Below are positions 34,121-45,578 of a stretch of DNA of 64,000 bases, in pieces (within the stretch, counting starts at the first letter, position 1; each line of letters starts with the position of its first letter). The position numbers were made by a program, and so were the translations under genes. The DNA lies in NCBI GenBank assembly GCA_963733195.1, contig CAVTCR010000063.1:37580-101579 (forward strand), written 5' to 3'. The stretch comes from an uncultured delta proteobacterium. GTDB lineage: Bacteria; Desulfobacterota; Binatia; Bin18. Under the pieces are notes generated by a model. The model was not told where the DNA came from, made no database searches, and saw only the letters and a program-made list of their open reading frames with translations.

Positions 34121-35269
34121 CTAACTTTGCTTCTTAATTGTCCGGGAAGCTCCGGTCACAAACAGGGCCAGGAAGAAACACAGAATCGCAATTTCCGGCC
34201 AGAGCTCGGCAAATCCTTGCCCCTTCAGATAGATACCACGTGTCACACGCACATAATGGGTCAAAGGAAAAATCTCCCCGATCGTGCGAAACGGCTGACC
34301 CATGAGCGCCAAGGGAAATAAGAAATCAGAGAGCATCATCTGTGGAACCATCGTCAATACGCTGCGTTCAACTGCGTCGACCGAGGAACGCGCTAAGCTC
34401 GAAATCAGCAGCCCTTGGGCCAGGCCGATTAACAGAAAAATGGGAGTAACTGCCAACAGTAAAAGGGTGCTTCCAACCGGGAGCAGACCAAACAGCAGCC
34501 AGCCAGCACCAATACAAAAGATGACGGCACCCATCGCGACCACGCCGAAGGGAAGAATCTTACCGAGCACAACTTCAGTGGATGTGACTGGAGTCACAAG
34601 CAGTTGTTCCAATGTTCCGGTCTCGCGCTCGCGCACCAGGGCAATGGCAGTGATAAAAACAGTCAAGAATAGACAGATCATGCCGAGCAGCCCCGGAAGA
34701 GTGAAGGCAGTACCTGAGAGGGTAGGGTTGAACAGCACTCGTCGTACTGGAGTCACGACCCCGACTGCCTCTGGACGCAGGTTTCTATCAGTGAGTGGAG
34801 TCCGCTCCAAGCGGGTGTGGGTGTAAAACGTCCGGGCGATGGCGGTGAGGAACCCTTCGGTGCTGGTCGCTAATGTAGTGTCTGCGGCATCGAGAAGTAA
34901 GCCAAGTCGGACTTCTTTCTGGTTGGCAATGAGTTCGCTAAAATCGGAGGGAATGAATAACGCCGCACGACAATGTTCGCGACCAAAGAACGTACTAATC
35001 TCATCAGCATCATTGAGTGGAGTAATCGAGAAGTAACCCGTGGCAGCAATATCCCTCACGAATTGACGCGTCTCTCGGGTATGTGCACGGTCCAGGACAC
35101 AGAGGGGAAGGTGGTCAAAGTCTGTGGTGATGGCATAGGCCATTAACACGAGTTGCAGAACCGGGATCAGGATCAAAATACGTAAGGTGAACTGATCGCG
35201 CCGGAGTTCGATGAACTCACGCCAGAGGAGAGCACGCAAGCGGTTAAGTTTGGCACGAAGCCGCGTCAT
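34121..35269 (-). CDS. ABC-2 exporter permease (YbhS/YbhR-like)
   Basis: FNPTL, VRERETGTLEQLLVTP. Confidence 0.9.
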   Translation of the reverse strand: MTRLRAKLNRLRALLWREFIELRRDQFTLRILILIPVLQLVLMAYAITTDFDHLPLCVLDRAHTRETRQFVRDIAATGYFSITPLNDADEISTFFGREHCRAALFIPSDFSELIANQKEVRLGLLLDAADTTLATSTEGFLTAIARTFYTHTRLERTPLTDRNLRPEAVGVVTPVRRVLFNPTLSGTAFTLPGLLGMICLFLTVFITAIALVRERETGTLEQLLVTPVTSTEVVLGKILPFGVVAMGAVIFCIGAGWLLFGLLPVGSTLLLLAVTPIFLLIGLAQGLLISSLARSSVDAVERSVLTMVPQMMLSDFLFPLALMGQPFRTIGEIFPLTHYVRVTRGIYLKGQGFAELWPEIAILCFFLALFVTGASRTIKKQS

Positions 35270-36237
35270 TCAATATGCCTTCCTTGCGTTTGACGTTGGC
35301 GAATCATACCGGCGAATACATCCTCGATCGACGGCAAGTCCACTGTGAAGTCGAGCATCGGATCAATCGCACGGAGGTCGTGACGCAATCGATCAAGAGT
35401 AGCGGAACTCGCGTCAGCGAGTAGGACGCGAACCGTCAGGTCTGTTTCCTCATTAGGAGTGTTTACTGTGTAACCTATTGACCGTAGGTGGGCCTCAGCA
35501 CGCAAAAGCGTGGAACGGTCATCATGGTACAAAAGAACCGGATACCCGCCGGCGAAAGCAATCTTGAGCCCGAGAGGGGAGTCGAAACCAATAAGTTGCC
35601 CTTTATCAATAAAGCCGACACGATACGCATACTCCATTTCGTCGAGATAATGGGTCGTGACAAAGAGCGTCTTGCCCTCAGCGGCTAACTCACGAATCAG
35701 GTCCCAAAAAAGTTGTCGATTCAGTACGTCAACGCCGGCTGTGGGCTCGTCCAAGAACACGATCTCTGGATCATGGAGGAGAGAACTCACAAGCGCGACA
35801 CGTTGCTTAAGACCGGCGGGCATCTCACGGATCAACGAATGCTCGAGCCCAGATAACCCTAGACGTGGGAACAGCAGTGCTTGACGAGCCGCAACGTGTT
35901 CAGGGGTGAGGCCATAGAGGCCACCGAAGAAGAGCAAGTTTTCTCGTACGGTCAGATTGGCATAGAGAGAAACTTTCTGTGACATATAGCCAATGTGGGT
36001 GCGAATCTGTTCGGCGTGGGTACGGACATCGAGTCCAACAACACGGGCCGTGCCTTCAGTTGGGGCCAAGAGTCCACAGAGGATACGTATCGTTGTCGAC
36101 TTCCCTGAGCCGTTCCCACCAAGAAAACCAAAAATCTCGCCCCGGGTGACGTGAAAACTGACGTGGTCAACCGCAGTGAAGGTACCAAAGCGACGAGTTA
36201 GGTTCTCAACCTCAATGATGGCAGAGTCGTTTGGCAT
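35266..36237 (-). CDS. ABC transporter ATP-binding protein
   Basis: GGNGSGKST, FLDEPTAGVD, TTHY. Confidence 0.92.
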   Translation of the reverse strand: MPNDSAIIEVENLTRRFGTFTAVDHVSFHVTRGEIFGFLGGNGSGKSTTIRILCGLLAPTEGTARVVGLDVRTHAEQIRTHIGYMSQKVSLYANLTVRENLLFFGGLYGLTPEHVAARQALLFPRLGLSGLEHSLIREMPAGLKQRVALVSSLLHDPEIVFLDEPTAGVDVLNRQLFWDLIRELAAEGKTLFVTTHYLDEMEYAYRVGFIDKGQLIGFDSPLGLKIAFAGGYPVLLYHDDRSTLLRAEAHLRSIGYTVNTPNEETDLTVRVLLADASSATLDRLRHDLRAIDPMLDFTVDLPSIEDVFAGMIRQRQTQGRHIE

Positions 36238-36238
36238 G

Positions 36239-37213
36239 CTACTTCTGTATCGTAGAGGCGGAGTGGTATGAGGGTGATTTCTTTTCTCCCTGCTCAATGT
36301 GTGGTGTCTGCTCTGCTTGTTCGGTTAATTCCGCGAACACCATCTCCAGAGTCGGTAACACTGCTTCAATTCGTATTTCTTGTGAAGATAGATTCTGTAA
36401 CGCAACATCTAGCTCTGTGCGGGGCAATGATGTCGTGACTAGGAGATTGCCCGCTATCGTATGCACTCGTCGCACCCACGAAGCGTGTCGTAGCTGAGTG
36501 ATGGTGGCGGGTGCGAGATCGCCATGGAGGCGGTAGGCGTTCCAAGGGAAATTTGATTTGATCTCTGTTGGTGAACCGTGGACACGAATCTGTCCCTTGT
36601 ACAGATAGATCAACTCGTCACAGCGCTCAGCTTCGTCGAGATAGCCAGTTGACATTACGATCGTGACGGATTGGAGCTGGCGAAGGATCGTCCACATATC
36701 ACTGCGTGCGATCACATCTACGCCGTTATTCGGTTCATCGAGTATTAATAATCGAGGTTGATGCAACAGGGCGCAGATGAGTGCAAGTTTTTGTTTCATC
36801 CCGCCTGAGAGTGATCCCACGGAAAACGTCGAAAATTGCTTGAGCTGCGCTAACGCCAGCAGTTCCGCCATGCGTTTGCGGAACACCGTGCGTGATAAGC
36901 CATGCACATCAGCGAAAAACTCCAACGTCTGTTGTACGGTCAGGTCAGGATAAAGACTAAACGTCTGTGGTACGTAGCCAAGGGAGCGACGTAACTCCTG
37001 CGTTTGCGTTCTGATGTCGTAATCTAAAGCGATAGCGGTAGACGCCTCAAAGTCGAGCAACCCAACGAGAATACGTAGGAGCGTTGTCTTCCCGGCTCCG
37101 TCTGGGCCAACAACGCCGAAGATATGCGGGTGTGTGATGGTGAGATCAATCCCATCGAGCGCAACGGTCGTGCCAAACCGCTTGCGGGCGTTACTGAGAG
37201 TGACAATCGCCAT
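36239..37213 (-). CDS. ABC transporter ATP-binding protein
   Basis: GPDGAGKTT, LSGGMKQK, ILDEP. Confidence 0.92.
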   Translation of the reverse strand: MAIVTLSNARKRFGTTVALDGIDLTITHPHIFGVVGPDGAGKTTLLRILVGLLDFEASTAIALDYDIRTQTQELRRSLGYVPQTFSLYPDLTVQQTLEFFADVHGLSRTVFRKRMAELLALAQLKQFSTFSVGSLSGGMKQKLALICALLHQPRLLILDEPNNGVDVIARSDMWTILRQLQSVTIVMSTGYLDEAERCDELIYLYKGQIRVHGSPTEIKSNFPWNAYRLHGDLAPATITQLRHASWVRRVHTIAGNLLVTTSLPRTELDVALQNLSSQEIRIEAVLPTLEMVFAELTEQAEQTPHIEQGEKKSPSYHSASTIQK

Positions 37214-38276
37214 AGTCAAATACAGCACTTAGAACATCTACGGCTGTCGAACCATCTGTGGGCGGGCTACCGTTGAGATAGACGGTTCCCTCCATGCCTG
37301 GCTTTAAGCGTTCTGCCTGTGCGAGTAAGCGCACTTTGGTGGCGAAGACTTGTGTAATGCGGTCACTCTTCACCTCAATGTTCTTCGGAGTAAACTGCGC
37401 TGTGTCTTCGATAAAGCTGATTTCGCCAGGAATAAACTCTCCAGGCAAGGGATCGGGCTCGATGGAGACCTGCATCCCTAGATGGACTTTTCCGAGATCT
37501 AACACTGGGACGTAAATCCGCACATACTTGTCGAGCGGATCAAGCAGTGTGGCAACTCCTGTCCCTGGGGTGACATACTCGCCAGTGCGGATCAGTCGAG
37601 TTTGCACCGTGCAATCGCACGGAGACCGTACGGTGTACTTGTCGAGAACAATCCGCATTTGATTGAGTCGTTCGGTTTCCACTGCGAGTTGGTGCCTCTG
37701 TACATTCAGTGCGTCTTCGGCGAGTTGAATTTGACGCAGATTTGCCTCGGCATTGGCCACCGCTTGCTGTTCGTGAGCCACAAATGCACGAGTAACATCG
37801 AGTTGATTTTTCGCTTGGTCGAATCGTTGCTGGCTCAACACCTCAGCTTGGAGTAATTCCTTACGGCGCGCTAATTCCTTTTGCGCGAAATCAGCGTCAG
37901 CACTTGCCTTGGTTAAGTTGGCTTTTGCCGCAGCGAGTTGCGTTGGGTAGGTATCGCGCGCCCAGGTCAGCTGCGTTTCTGCTTGTTGTATTTTCGCTTG
38001 AAGTAATCCAAGGTTGAGTTCTTGCTGAGCAACTTGCGAGCGGTAGTCGCGTGCATCAAGCTCGGCGAGTACGTCGTTCGTTTTTACTTGGCTCCCATCG
38101 GTGAAAGTCACATTCTGTACACGTCCAGCGACTTCACTTTTGATGACCTTCTCTTCTCCTTCGACAAAGCCAGTAAAACTTAGGCGATCGATTTCTTGCA
38201 TCTGCCGTGAGTGATACCAATAGATTCCTCCACCAATGAGCAGTACCAGGATCAGCAGCGGCAGACGTTTCCTCAT
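37191..38276 (-). CDS. HlyD-family membrane fusion protein (YbhG-like)
   Basis: TM anchor, coiled coil, AQFTPKN, LKPGM. Confidence 0.9.
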   Translation of the reverse strand: MRKRLPLLILVLLIGGGIYWYHSRQMQEIDRLSFTGFVEGEEKVIKSEVAGRVQNVTFTDGSQVKTNDVLAELDARDYRSQVAQQELNLGLLQAKIQQAETQLTWARDTYPTQLAAAKANLTKASADADFAQKELARRKELLQAEVLSQQRFDQAKNQLDVTRAFVAHEQQAVANAEANLRQIQLAEDALNVQRHQLAVETERLNQMRIVLDKYTVRSPCDCTVQTRLIRTGEYVTPGTGVATLLDPLDKYVRIYVPVLDLGKVHLGMQVSIEPDPLPGEFIPGEISFIEDTAQFTPKNIEVKSDRITQVFATKVRLLAQAERLKPGMEGTVYLNGSPPTDGSTAVDVLSAVFDYGDCHSQ

Positions 38277-38422
38277 GCGAAATATTTTCCTTTGCTCGGG
38301 AATAAATTCCTATCAGGATTTTCCTGACAGCCTATCGGAGTAGAGAAAAACCTCCTACGAAAGAATTGCAAGAAACGACCTCTGCGCATAAATGACACCA
38401 TCTTTATGTCAGGAGGTGATGT

Positions 38423-39403
38423 ATGACGCAACGGCAGATCGCGCGTATTCTTCGCGGAGGGCTGAGTGCTCTTCTCGTTGCCATCGGCGCTCTAGCGAAC
38501 GCTGATATCACTCAGAACTGGGAGAGCCCAGCTAACAATCAGGAAATCTCCGGTATTCAGCAGTTTCGTGGATTCGCTTTTTCGACCACAAGCTCGCAAC
38601 CATTATCAGTAAAACTACTTGTTACCTCCCCGCTCACTACGACGATTGAAGTACCATGGGGATCGGCGCGTGGTGACGTTGGCGCAAGCCCGCCACAGTT
38701 GAACAGCGGCTTTGGTGTGACCGTCAACGCTGGTTTGTTGCCCGCGGGGTCAACTGCGACGATCACGTTAGAAGTGCGGGAGAGTGGCAGCTCAGGAGCA
38801 TGTGCTGCGCCGACCTGTGTGAGTGAAACCCGCACGTTCTTTGTTGCGAAGCCGGGAGGGAGGGCTGGGGAGGCAAACACCGCATTTTCCTTCTTAAATG
38901 ATCTTGATGTGGCTGGCGCGAATGTTGTGCTCGACGGCGACGAAATCATCGTTGCCCCTGTGAATGCGGTCGATAGTGGAGGTGGAGGAACACGACCATC
39001 CACCGTTCGTCTGCGATGGCTGCAGAATTCGCAGTCATTTGGGACTGTTGATGCGGCTTCGGGGACTAGCTTTGCCAGCGTGCAACCGATTTTCGCGAAG
39101 TATGGCTGCGCCACGGCGGGTACCTGTCATGGCGGAAGTAACCCTCAAGCAGGGCTTAATCTGGAAGCTGGGCAATCATTCAAAAGCCTGATTAACAAAA
39201 GCACCGAAGACGGAACCCGTCTCCGCGTTAATCCTGGCGATTCCAATGAAAGTTATATGTTTCAAAAAATTATTGCTGGTGGAAATATTGCCCCCAACAC
39301 CGCGCGTATGCCACTTGGATGTAGTGGGAATAACTGTCTTACGGATGCCGAGATCGCCACAATCCAAAGCTGGATCGATGAAGGCGCACCGCCGCCACAG
39401 TAG
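38423..39403 (+). CDS. Secreted protein with a C-terminal c-type cytochrome-like domain
   Basis: Signal peptide; CATAGTCH; RMP axial-Met motif; EIATIQSWIDEGA terminal helix. Confidence 0.7.
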   Translation: MTQRQIARILRGGLSALLVAIGALANADITQNWESPANNQEISGIQQFRGFAFSTTSSQPLSVKLLVTSPLTTTIEVPWGSARGDVGASPPQLNSGFGVTVNAGLLPAGSTATITLEVRESGSSGACAAPTCVSETRTFFVAKPGGRAGEANTAFSFLNDLDVAGANVVLDGDEIIVAPVNAVDSGGGGTRPSTVRLRWLQNSQSFGTVDAASGTSFASVQPIFAKYGCATAGTCHGGSNPQAGLNLEAGQSFKSLINKSTEDGTRLRVNPGDSNESYMFQKIIAGGNIAPNTARMPLGCSGNNCLTDAEIATIQSWIDEGAPPPQ

Positions 39404-39447
39404 ATCCTCCCTTCCATAGGAGTCAGTGACGTTGATTATGGGAGGTG

Positions 39448-39609
39448 GTCATTGCGAGTGCCCAAGCGCGGGGCCAAGCATGGGGCAGGCAGGATGCGAC
39501 GAGATTCCGGGTCTCGCGGTGCTCGCCCGGAATGACGGGCATGTCGTCTGCGTCATTCCAGCGCAAGCTGGAATCCAGGGGGCAGTGGGCGGAGCATTTT
39601 GTTTCTGAG
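39448..39609. repeat. Composite palindromic repeat (GTCATTGCGAG end + CCGGAATGAC/GTCATTCCAGCG-AAGCTGGAATCC), copy 1
   Basis: Shares blocks with 57296-57469, including gggcggagcattttgtttctgag. Confidence 0.8.
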
Positions 39610-39915
39610 AGGCAAGGCGGAGCAATTTACTTTGCCACCAAATACCTATTTGCCCTATTCAATTACCATTGCACCCCGCATCAAGCGTTGGGGATAGTTG
39701 GCAAGATTTTGGTGATTGCGCCTCCGCAACAATAGAGATTCCTATTCGTGAGTGTCAGGGGCAAGGCAATCTCGCCCCTGACCTTTTTGTAAAACCTCAA
39801 TTCTCACGCTATTTTATCGTCCTGCTGCCCTTGCCCTGTTCCTCCTTTCCTCGTTTACTCTACCAAAACGATGTGGTAACACTGACGAGACTTCTCTTGC
39901 CGGGAGGACATAGCT

Positions 39916-40668
39916 ATGTCCGGCCATTCTAAATGGAGCACGATTAAACATAAGAAAGCACTGAAAGATGCGCGCCGTGGGAAATTATTTACCAAACTCA
40001 TAAAAGACCTGACTATTGCTGCCCGCATAGGCGGAAGTGACCTGAGTTCCAACCCGCGCCTTCGAACCGCCCTTGCTGCGGCGAAGGCGGCCAGTATGCC
40101 CAATGACACCATTGATCGCGCAATCAAGAAAGGTGCAGGGGAACTCGAAGGCGTCACTTACGAGGAAATCACCTACGAAGGACATGGGCCGGGTGGTGTG
40201 GCCATTATGGTGCAGACGCTAACGGATAATAAAACTCGTACCGTTTCTGAGGTGCGCCATATGTTTTCTAAGTATGGTGGCAATCTTGGCTCGCCCAATT
40301 CGGTCGCATGGATGTTCACCAAAAAAGGGGTCATTACAATTGAGAAAGGCCAAGCCGAAGAAGACCAACTGATGGAGTTGGCGCTCGAGGCTGGCGCTGA
40401 AGACGTCAATGGTGGAGACGATGGATTTGAAGTCTCAACCGCACCCGAAGATTTCGATGCGGTACGCGAGGCCTTGGAAAAAGCTGGAATTACGATGGTC
40501 TCAGCAGAAGTAACAATGATCCCGCAGAATACCGTCAATCTTGCAGGGAAAGAAGCAGAACATACTCTGAAGCTCCTCGAAGTGTTAGAAGAAAACGACG
40601 ACGTGCAGAGTGTGTCAGCCAATTTTGAAATCGCTCAGGAAGAAGCTGAGCGACTCAGTGCTGCTTAA
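39916..40668 (+). CDS. yebC: YebC/PmpR family protein
   Basis: [29 protein letters not shown]. Confidence 0.96.
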   Translation: MSGHSKWSTIKHKKALKDARRGKLFTKLIKDLTIAARIGGSDLSSNPRLRTALAAAKAASMPNDTIDRAIKKGAGELEGVTYEEITYEGHGPGGVAIMVQTLTDNKTRTVSEVRHMFSKYGGNLGSPNSVAWMFTKKGVITIEKGQAEEDQLMELALEAGAEDVNGGDDGFEVSTAPEDFDAVREALEKAGITMVSAEVTMIPQNTVNLAGKEAEHTLKLLEVLEENDDVQSVSANFEIAQEEAERLSAA

Positions 40669-40683
40669 GAGAAGACTGTCATT

Positions 40684-41340
40684 GTGGTTGTGCAACGCAC
40701 CGAAACTTCCTTGCGGGTGCTTGGGGTTGATCCAGGTACCCTTCGTGCTGGCTGGGGAGTGGTCGAACGGAGAGGGCAGAAGTTGGAGTTCCGTGCGGCA
40801 GGAACAATTATCCCGAAAGGGTTTCACTCACTACACGAGCGACTGCGCGTGATTCACACTGGTGTAGTCGAGGTGATTGCTCGTTGGAGACCACATGTTC
40901 TCAGTCTTGAAAAAGCCTTTATGGCGTACAACGTGCAGAGTGCATTTCGCCTAGGTGAGGCGCGTGGCGTGGTACTGCTTGCCGCCTCTCAAGCTGGACT
41001 GCGGATCACGGAGTACAACCCCACCGAGATCAAAACGGCAGTCGCGGGTTATGGGCGAGCAGGCAAACAACAAGTGCAGGAGGCCGTGCTGGCATTGCTC
41101 GGGAACGGGAAGAACACGGAAATGCGAGATTTCCCAACCAGCCGAGATGCTACTGATGCACTTGCTGCCGCCATTTGTCACTTCAATTCTTCACGCTTAG
41201 CGGAACGGATCCAAGAGGCGAGTGCGAGAGATTTGCGAACAGGAATGGCAGATAATGCACGAGTGCAGCTCTTACGTAGCGCATTTCTGAAACGGTCGTT
41301 GCCACGATCGTTGTCTATAATACGTAAAGCTGGCCGTTAA
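40684..41340 (+). CDS. ruvC: Holliday junction resolvase RuvC
   Basis: LGVDPG, EKAF, LGEARG, DATDALAAAICH. Confidence 0.95.
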   Translation: MVVQRTETSLRVLGVDPGTLRAGWGVVERRGQKLEFRAAGTIIPKGFHSLHERLRVIHTGVVEVIARWRPHVLSLEKAFMAYNVQSAFRLGEARGVVLLAASQAGLRITEYNPTEIKTAVAGYGRAGKQQVQEAVLALLGNGKNTEMRDFPTSRDATDALAAAICHFNSSRLAERIQEASARDLRTGMADNARVQLLRSAFLKRSLPRSLSIIRKAGR

Positions 41341-41357
41341 CGAGTGAGGCTACTGAC

Positions 41358-41942
41358 ATGATTGCTCGCCTCACTGGTGCGCTCGAAGAAAAAACTCCCG
41401 ATCAACTGATCGTTAACGTCAATGGTGTTGGGTATCAGGTGTTCGTGTCGTTACAAACCTTCTATCGTCTTCCTGCGTTGCATGAGTCTGTCAGTTTGCA
41501 GATCCATACGCATCTTCGTGAAGATGCCTTGCTCCTCTATGGATTTCTGGAAGAGAAGGAAAAGGCGAGTTTTCTGCTGCTCAAAGGCGTGACTGGTATT
41601 GGTCCGCGTCTCGCATTGAATATCCTTTCCGGAATTCCGGTTGATGAACTCGAAAGCGCGTTACGCACAAGTGATGTCACCCGTCTGGTAGCGGTTCCCG
41701 GTGTCGGGAAGAAAACAGCCGAGCGACTCGTTGTAGAGCTGCGAGAGAAAGTCGGAGCCTTCGACAACGGACAGGGCGTTTCTGGCGGCCAGGTTCCTGT
41801 GTCTGCAGAGGCGACTTCGGCATTGGTCAATCTTGGCTATCGTCACGCCGAAGCGGAGAAAGCTGTGCGGGCTGCACTCCAGCGCGGTGCGACCTCGATA
41901 GCTGACCTCATTCGTGAGTCACTGCGGAGCTTACGGGCATGA
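41358..41942 (+). CDS. ruvA: Holliday junction branch migration protein RuvA
   Basis: [32 protein letters not shown]. Confidence 0.96.
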   Translation: MIARLTGALEEKTPDQLIVNVNGVGYQVFVSLQTFYRLPALHESVSLQIHTHLREDALLLYGFLEEKEKASFLLLKGVTGIGPRLALNILSGIPVDELESALRTSDVTRLVAVPGVGKKTAERLVVELREKVGAFDNGQGVSGGQVPVSAEATSALVNLGYRHAEAEKAVRAALQRGATSIADLIRESLRSLRA

Positions 41943-43012
41943 AAGCAAAGAAAAAGCCGATATTCGACCAGCCTGAAGACTTTCTCCCTGCTGCGGCAGT
42001 GGAACCAGAGACAGGTGGGGATAGGCCCGATGATCACGTTGAGGGCTCACTCCGCCCACGGTCGCTGGCTGATTACATTGGCCAGGAAGGCGTCAAACAA
42101 AATTTGCGTATCGCTATTGATGCCGCCAAGCAGCGCGGTGATGTCCTTGATCACACTTTGTTTTGCGGTCCACCAGGACTCGGCAAGACATCAATGGCCC
42201 ACATCATCGCACGCGAGATGGAGGTCAACATCCACGCGACTACTGGCCCAGTGATTGAGCGGCCTGGTGATATCGCGGCGATTCTCACGAACCTCGACAC
42301 AGGAGATGTCCTCTTTATCGACGAGATCCATCGCCTCAACCGAGTTGTTGAAGAACTTCTCTATCCAGCGATGGAAGACTTTCAGCTTGATCTTGTGGTA
42401 GGGCAGGGGCCGTCGGCACGGACAGTGAAACTTGATCTGAAACGCTTTACTTTAGTTGGGGCAACGACCAGGGCTGGGTTACTCACCTCACCACTTCGCG
42501 ATCGATTTGGTTCGACGTTTCGCCTTGATTTCTATCAAGTGGCGGATTTGGAGAAGATCATTCGCCGCTCGGCTGCGATTCTTGATTTGGCGATTGATGC
42601 GAGTGGTACTGCAGAAATTGCGCGCCGTTCTCGTGGGACGCCTCGGATTGCGAATCGTTTATTACGTCGAGTACGGGATTTTGCGCAGGTGAAAAATCAC
42701 AAGGTAGTTCATCGGGACGTTGCGCATGAAGCGTTGGCTTTACTCGAAGTCGATGAGGTTGGTTTTGACAAAATGGACCGCGCCATTCTTCTCACGATCA
42801 TCGAAAAGTTTAATGGTGGACCGGTGGGAGTAGAGACAATCGCTGCGGCCATTGGAGAAGAGAAGAGCACTGTAGAAGATGTCTATGAACCCTACCTTAT
42901 TCAAGAAGGCTACTTGCAACGGACGCCGCGTGGGCGACTGGCCACGTTGCAAGCGTACCGTCATTTCGGTATGACGCGGCCTGATGGTGGTTCTCAAGGA
43001 CAACTCTTCTAA
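41939..43012 (+). CDS. ruvB: Holliday junction branch migration helicase RuvB
   Basis: [37 protein letters not shown]. Confidence 0.97.
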   Translation: MKAKKKPIFDQPEDFLPAAAVEPETGGDRPDDHVEGSLRPRSLADYIGQEGVKQNLRIAIDAAKQRGDVLDHTLFCGPPGLGKTSMAHIIAREMEVNIHATTGPVIERPGDIAAILTNLDTGDVLFIDEIHRLNRVVEELLYPAMEDFQLDLVVGQGPSARTVKLDLKRFTLVGATTRAGLLTSPLRDRFGSTFRLDFYQVADLEKIIRRSAAILDLAIDASGTAEIARRSRGTPRIANRLLRRVRDFAQVKNHKVVHRDVAHEALALLEVDEVGFDKMDRAILLTIIEKFNGGPVGVETIAAAIGEEKSTVEDVYEPYLIQEGYLQRTPRGRLATLQAYRHFGMTRPDGGSQGQLF

Positions 43013-43022
43013 GGAGTCCTGT

Positions 43023-43235
43023 ATGGCAGAACTGGGTAAATTTTTGATCATTGCTGGTGGGCTGTTGGTGGGTGTTGGTGTATTGTTCCTGCTCGGAGGT
43101 AAGTTGCCCTGGCTTGGGCGGTTGCCGGGCGACATCGTCGTTCAGCGGGAAAATTTTTCCTTCTACTTCCCTTTAGCCACGAGTATTCTCGTGAGCGTGG
43201 TCCTGTCGCTGCTCTTTGCCCTCCTACGTCGTTAG
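43023..43235 (+). CDS. DUF2905 family small membrane protein
   Basis: LGRLPGDI...FYFPLATSI. Confidence 0.88.
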   Translation: MAELGKFLIIAGGLLVGVGVLFLLGGKLPWLGRLPGDIVVQRENFSFYFPLATSILVSVVLSLLFALLRR

Positions 43236-43247
43236 AGAGAGACCTGG

Positions 43248-45578
43248 GTGGATAAACAATACCACGACGTGCCGGACGAACACGGACGGCGTCTGTACTG
43301 GGAAGCGGCGATCATCCTCGCGACAGCACTGGCGGTTGTGCTCCTTGCCTTTTCATTGACGCGCCTTCCGCAACTGAGTGATACGCACAATTTGGCGGGA
43401 AATGCGGTTTTCGTCCTCTTAATCAACCTCAATATTGTCCTTCTCATTCTCCTTGTTTTCCTGGTTGCCCGTAATCTCATCAAATTGTTTTATGACCGTC
43501 GCCGAAAGTTGCTAGGTGCACACCTGCGATTTCGCCTGGTCTCTGCGTTTGTCGCTATTGCCCTCTTTCCGGCTATCTTGCTTTTTCTTGTCGGTACGGC
43601 CGTGATGTCTCGTTCGCTAGAAAGTGTGTTTACGAACCAGGTCGAGAAGGCTCTCGAAGGATCGCTTGCGGTTGTTAGCACTTTTTATGATTTATTAGAA
43701 GGCGAAGCGGTCTCGCAGGCACAGACACTCGCAACGGAGATTGCACAGAACGAGTTGCTTACTCCAGAACGTCGGCAAGCACTGCAGGATTTAGTCGAGA
43801 CACGCCGATCGATGCTGCACCTCGGGCGCGTTATGGTGCTGTCGCCCGAGCGGACTGTGCTGGCGAACGCTACTATCGCGGAGCTGCAGACCCGAGAACG
43901 AAGCGGTCTTGAAGCCAGAACGTTAGATCGCGTATTCCGCCGCGAAAGCCTCCGTGAGGTCCGCTCTGCAGAGAATGGGCAGACAGAGGTGGTGTTAGGA
44001 GGAGTTCCGGTTATTGTCCAGAATGACGTTCTCGGTGCAGTCATCGTCGAGTACTTTGTGCCACGGAGTATTGCCCAGCAAAGTTCACAGGTAGTGAACG
44101 CTTTTCGCGAATATTTGCATCTCCGGATCCTCAAACATCCGATGAAGACAAACTACATTGTCACTATGTCGCTGGTGACACTTGTGGCGGTGTTCTCTGC
44201 GGTATGGTTAGGGTTATTCTTAGCAAAAAAAATGACCGTGCCCTTACAGCGCCTGGCTGCGGGGACGCGCGAGGTCGCACAGGGACATTGGACGTATCGT
44301 ATTGAAGGTGAGGACGAAGATGAGATCGGTACGCTTGTAGCGGCCTTCAACCGGATGACGGGAGAACTCCAACTCAGTCACCAAGAGCTTGAAGCACGGC
44401 GACGATACATGGAGACCGTGTTGGCAAATATTACTGCAGGGGTGGTTACATTGGATCGCCATGGGGTAGTGACCACGATGAATCCTGCGGCTGAACGTCT
44501 CCTCGGTATCATGGCTACTGAAGCAATTGGGCAAGAGTATCACGAGGTCTTTCCGCTTCCCGACTTTGACGAAGTCCGGCGCATGGTGGGTGAGTTACTG
44601 TCGGTCTCGGTCAACGGCACGAGTGACAAAGTGAGTGCGAGCCTGGGACAGATGAAGCTCAGACGAGAAGGGCACGTCATGTCATTGGTGATGACTGGAG
44701 CGTTACTAACGGATGAACAGCACGACGTTCTTGGTACAGTGTGTTTCTTTGAAGACGTGACCCAGATTGTTCGTGTCGAACGGATGGAGGCATGGCGCGA
44801 GGTGGCACGACGTATTGCGCATGAAATCAAAAATCCGTTGACGCCTATTCAACTTGCTGCCCAGCGATTGCATCGACGATTCGCACCCCAGATCACGACG
44901 AACGCTGAAGTTTTCAATGAGTGCGTAAGCAGTATCGCGCATGAAGTCGATGCTATTAAGAAACTCGTCAATGAATTTTCTACTTTTGCGCGATTGCCTA
45001 CTGCCGAGTATGCGCCTGAGAATCTCAATGTTCTCATCCAAGAAGTGATCCCGGTCTTTACTGAGGCCCACCGAGATATTGCCTTTGTCTTCTCCCCTGG
45101 CAAAGACCTTCCTATGCTCGAGGTTGACCGCGAAGGGATGAAACGCATCGTACGTAACCTCCTAGATAACGCTGTTGCCGCGTGTCATGCCGTGCAGAAT
45201 GGCCAACAACACCGAATCTCGATCAGCACGCGATTGCTCTGGTCTATCGGGATCATACAGTTAGAAGTTGCCGATTCCGGGTGTGGTATACCGCCAGAGG
45301 TGAAAGATCGTTTATTTGAACCATATTTCTCGACCAAGAAAGAAGGAACGGGCTTAGGACTCGCGATTGTGGCAACGATTGTCGCTGACCATCAAGCCTT
45401 CATTCGTGTCCGCGACAATCATCCTAAAGGGAGCCGGTTCATTATTGAACTCCCAGCTCGTCGGAAAGCCCAACGGACCCAGATCGCCAACGTGTCGTCG
45501 AGGTCGGTGTTGAATGGGACCAAAGGAAAAGGGGAAGAAGGAGAATGGTATGGAAGAGACCATTTTGGTGGTGGATGA
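43248..45578 (+). CDS. NtrY-like sensor histidine kinase (3TM, periplasmic domain, HAMP, PAS, HisKA, HATPase)
   Basis: AWREVARRIAHEIKNPLTPIQL H-box, NEFSTFARLP, NLLDNA, DSGCG, GTGLGL. Confidence 0.93.
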   Translation: MDKQYHDVPDEHGRRLYWEAAIILATALAVVLLAFSLTRLPQLSDTHNLAGNAVFVLLINLNIVLLILLVFLVARNLIKLFYDRRRKLLGAHLRFRLVSAFVAIALFPAILLFLVGTAVMSRSLESVFTNQVEKALEGSLAVVSTFYDLLEGEAVSQAQTLATEIAQNELLTPERRQALQDLVETRRSMLHLGRVMVLSPERTVLANATIAELQTRERSGLEARTLDRVFRRESLREVRSAENGQTEVVLGGVPVIVQNDVLGAVIVEYFVPRSIAQQSSQVVNAFREYLHLRILKHPMKTNYIVTMSLVTLVAVFSAVWLGLFLAKKMTVPLQRLAAGTREVAQGHWTYRIEGEDEDEIGTLVAAFNRMTGELQLSHQELEARRRYMETVLANITAGVVTLDRHGVVTTMNPAAERLLGIMATEAIGQEYHEVFPLPDFDEVRRMVGELLSVSVNGTSDKVSASLGQMKLRREGHVMSLVMTGALLTDEQHDVLGTVCFFEDVTQIVRVERMEAWREVARRIAHEIKNPLTPIQLAAQRLHRRFAPQITTNAEVFNECVSSIAHEVDAIKKLVNEFSTFARLPTAEYAPENLNVLIQEVIPVFTEAHRDIAFVFSPGKDLPMLEVDREGMKRIVRNLLDNAVAACHAVQNGQQHRISISTRLLWSIGIIQLEVADSGCGIPPEVKDRLFEPYFSTKKEGTGLGLAIVATIVADHQAFIRVRDNHPKGSRFIIELPARRKAQRTQIANVSSRSVLNGTKGKGEEGEWYGRDHFGGG

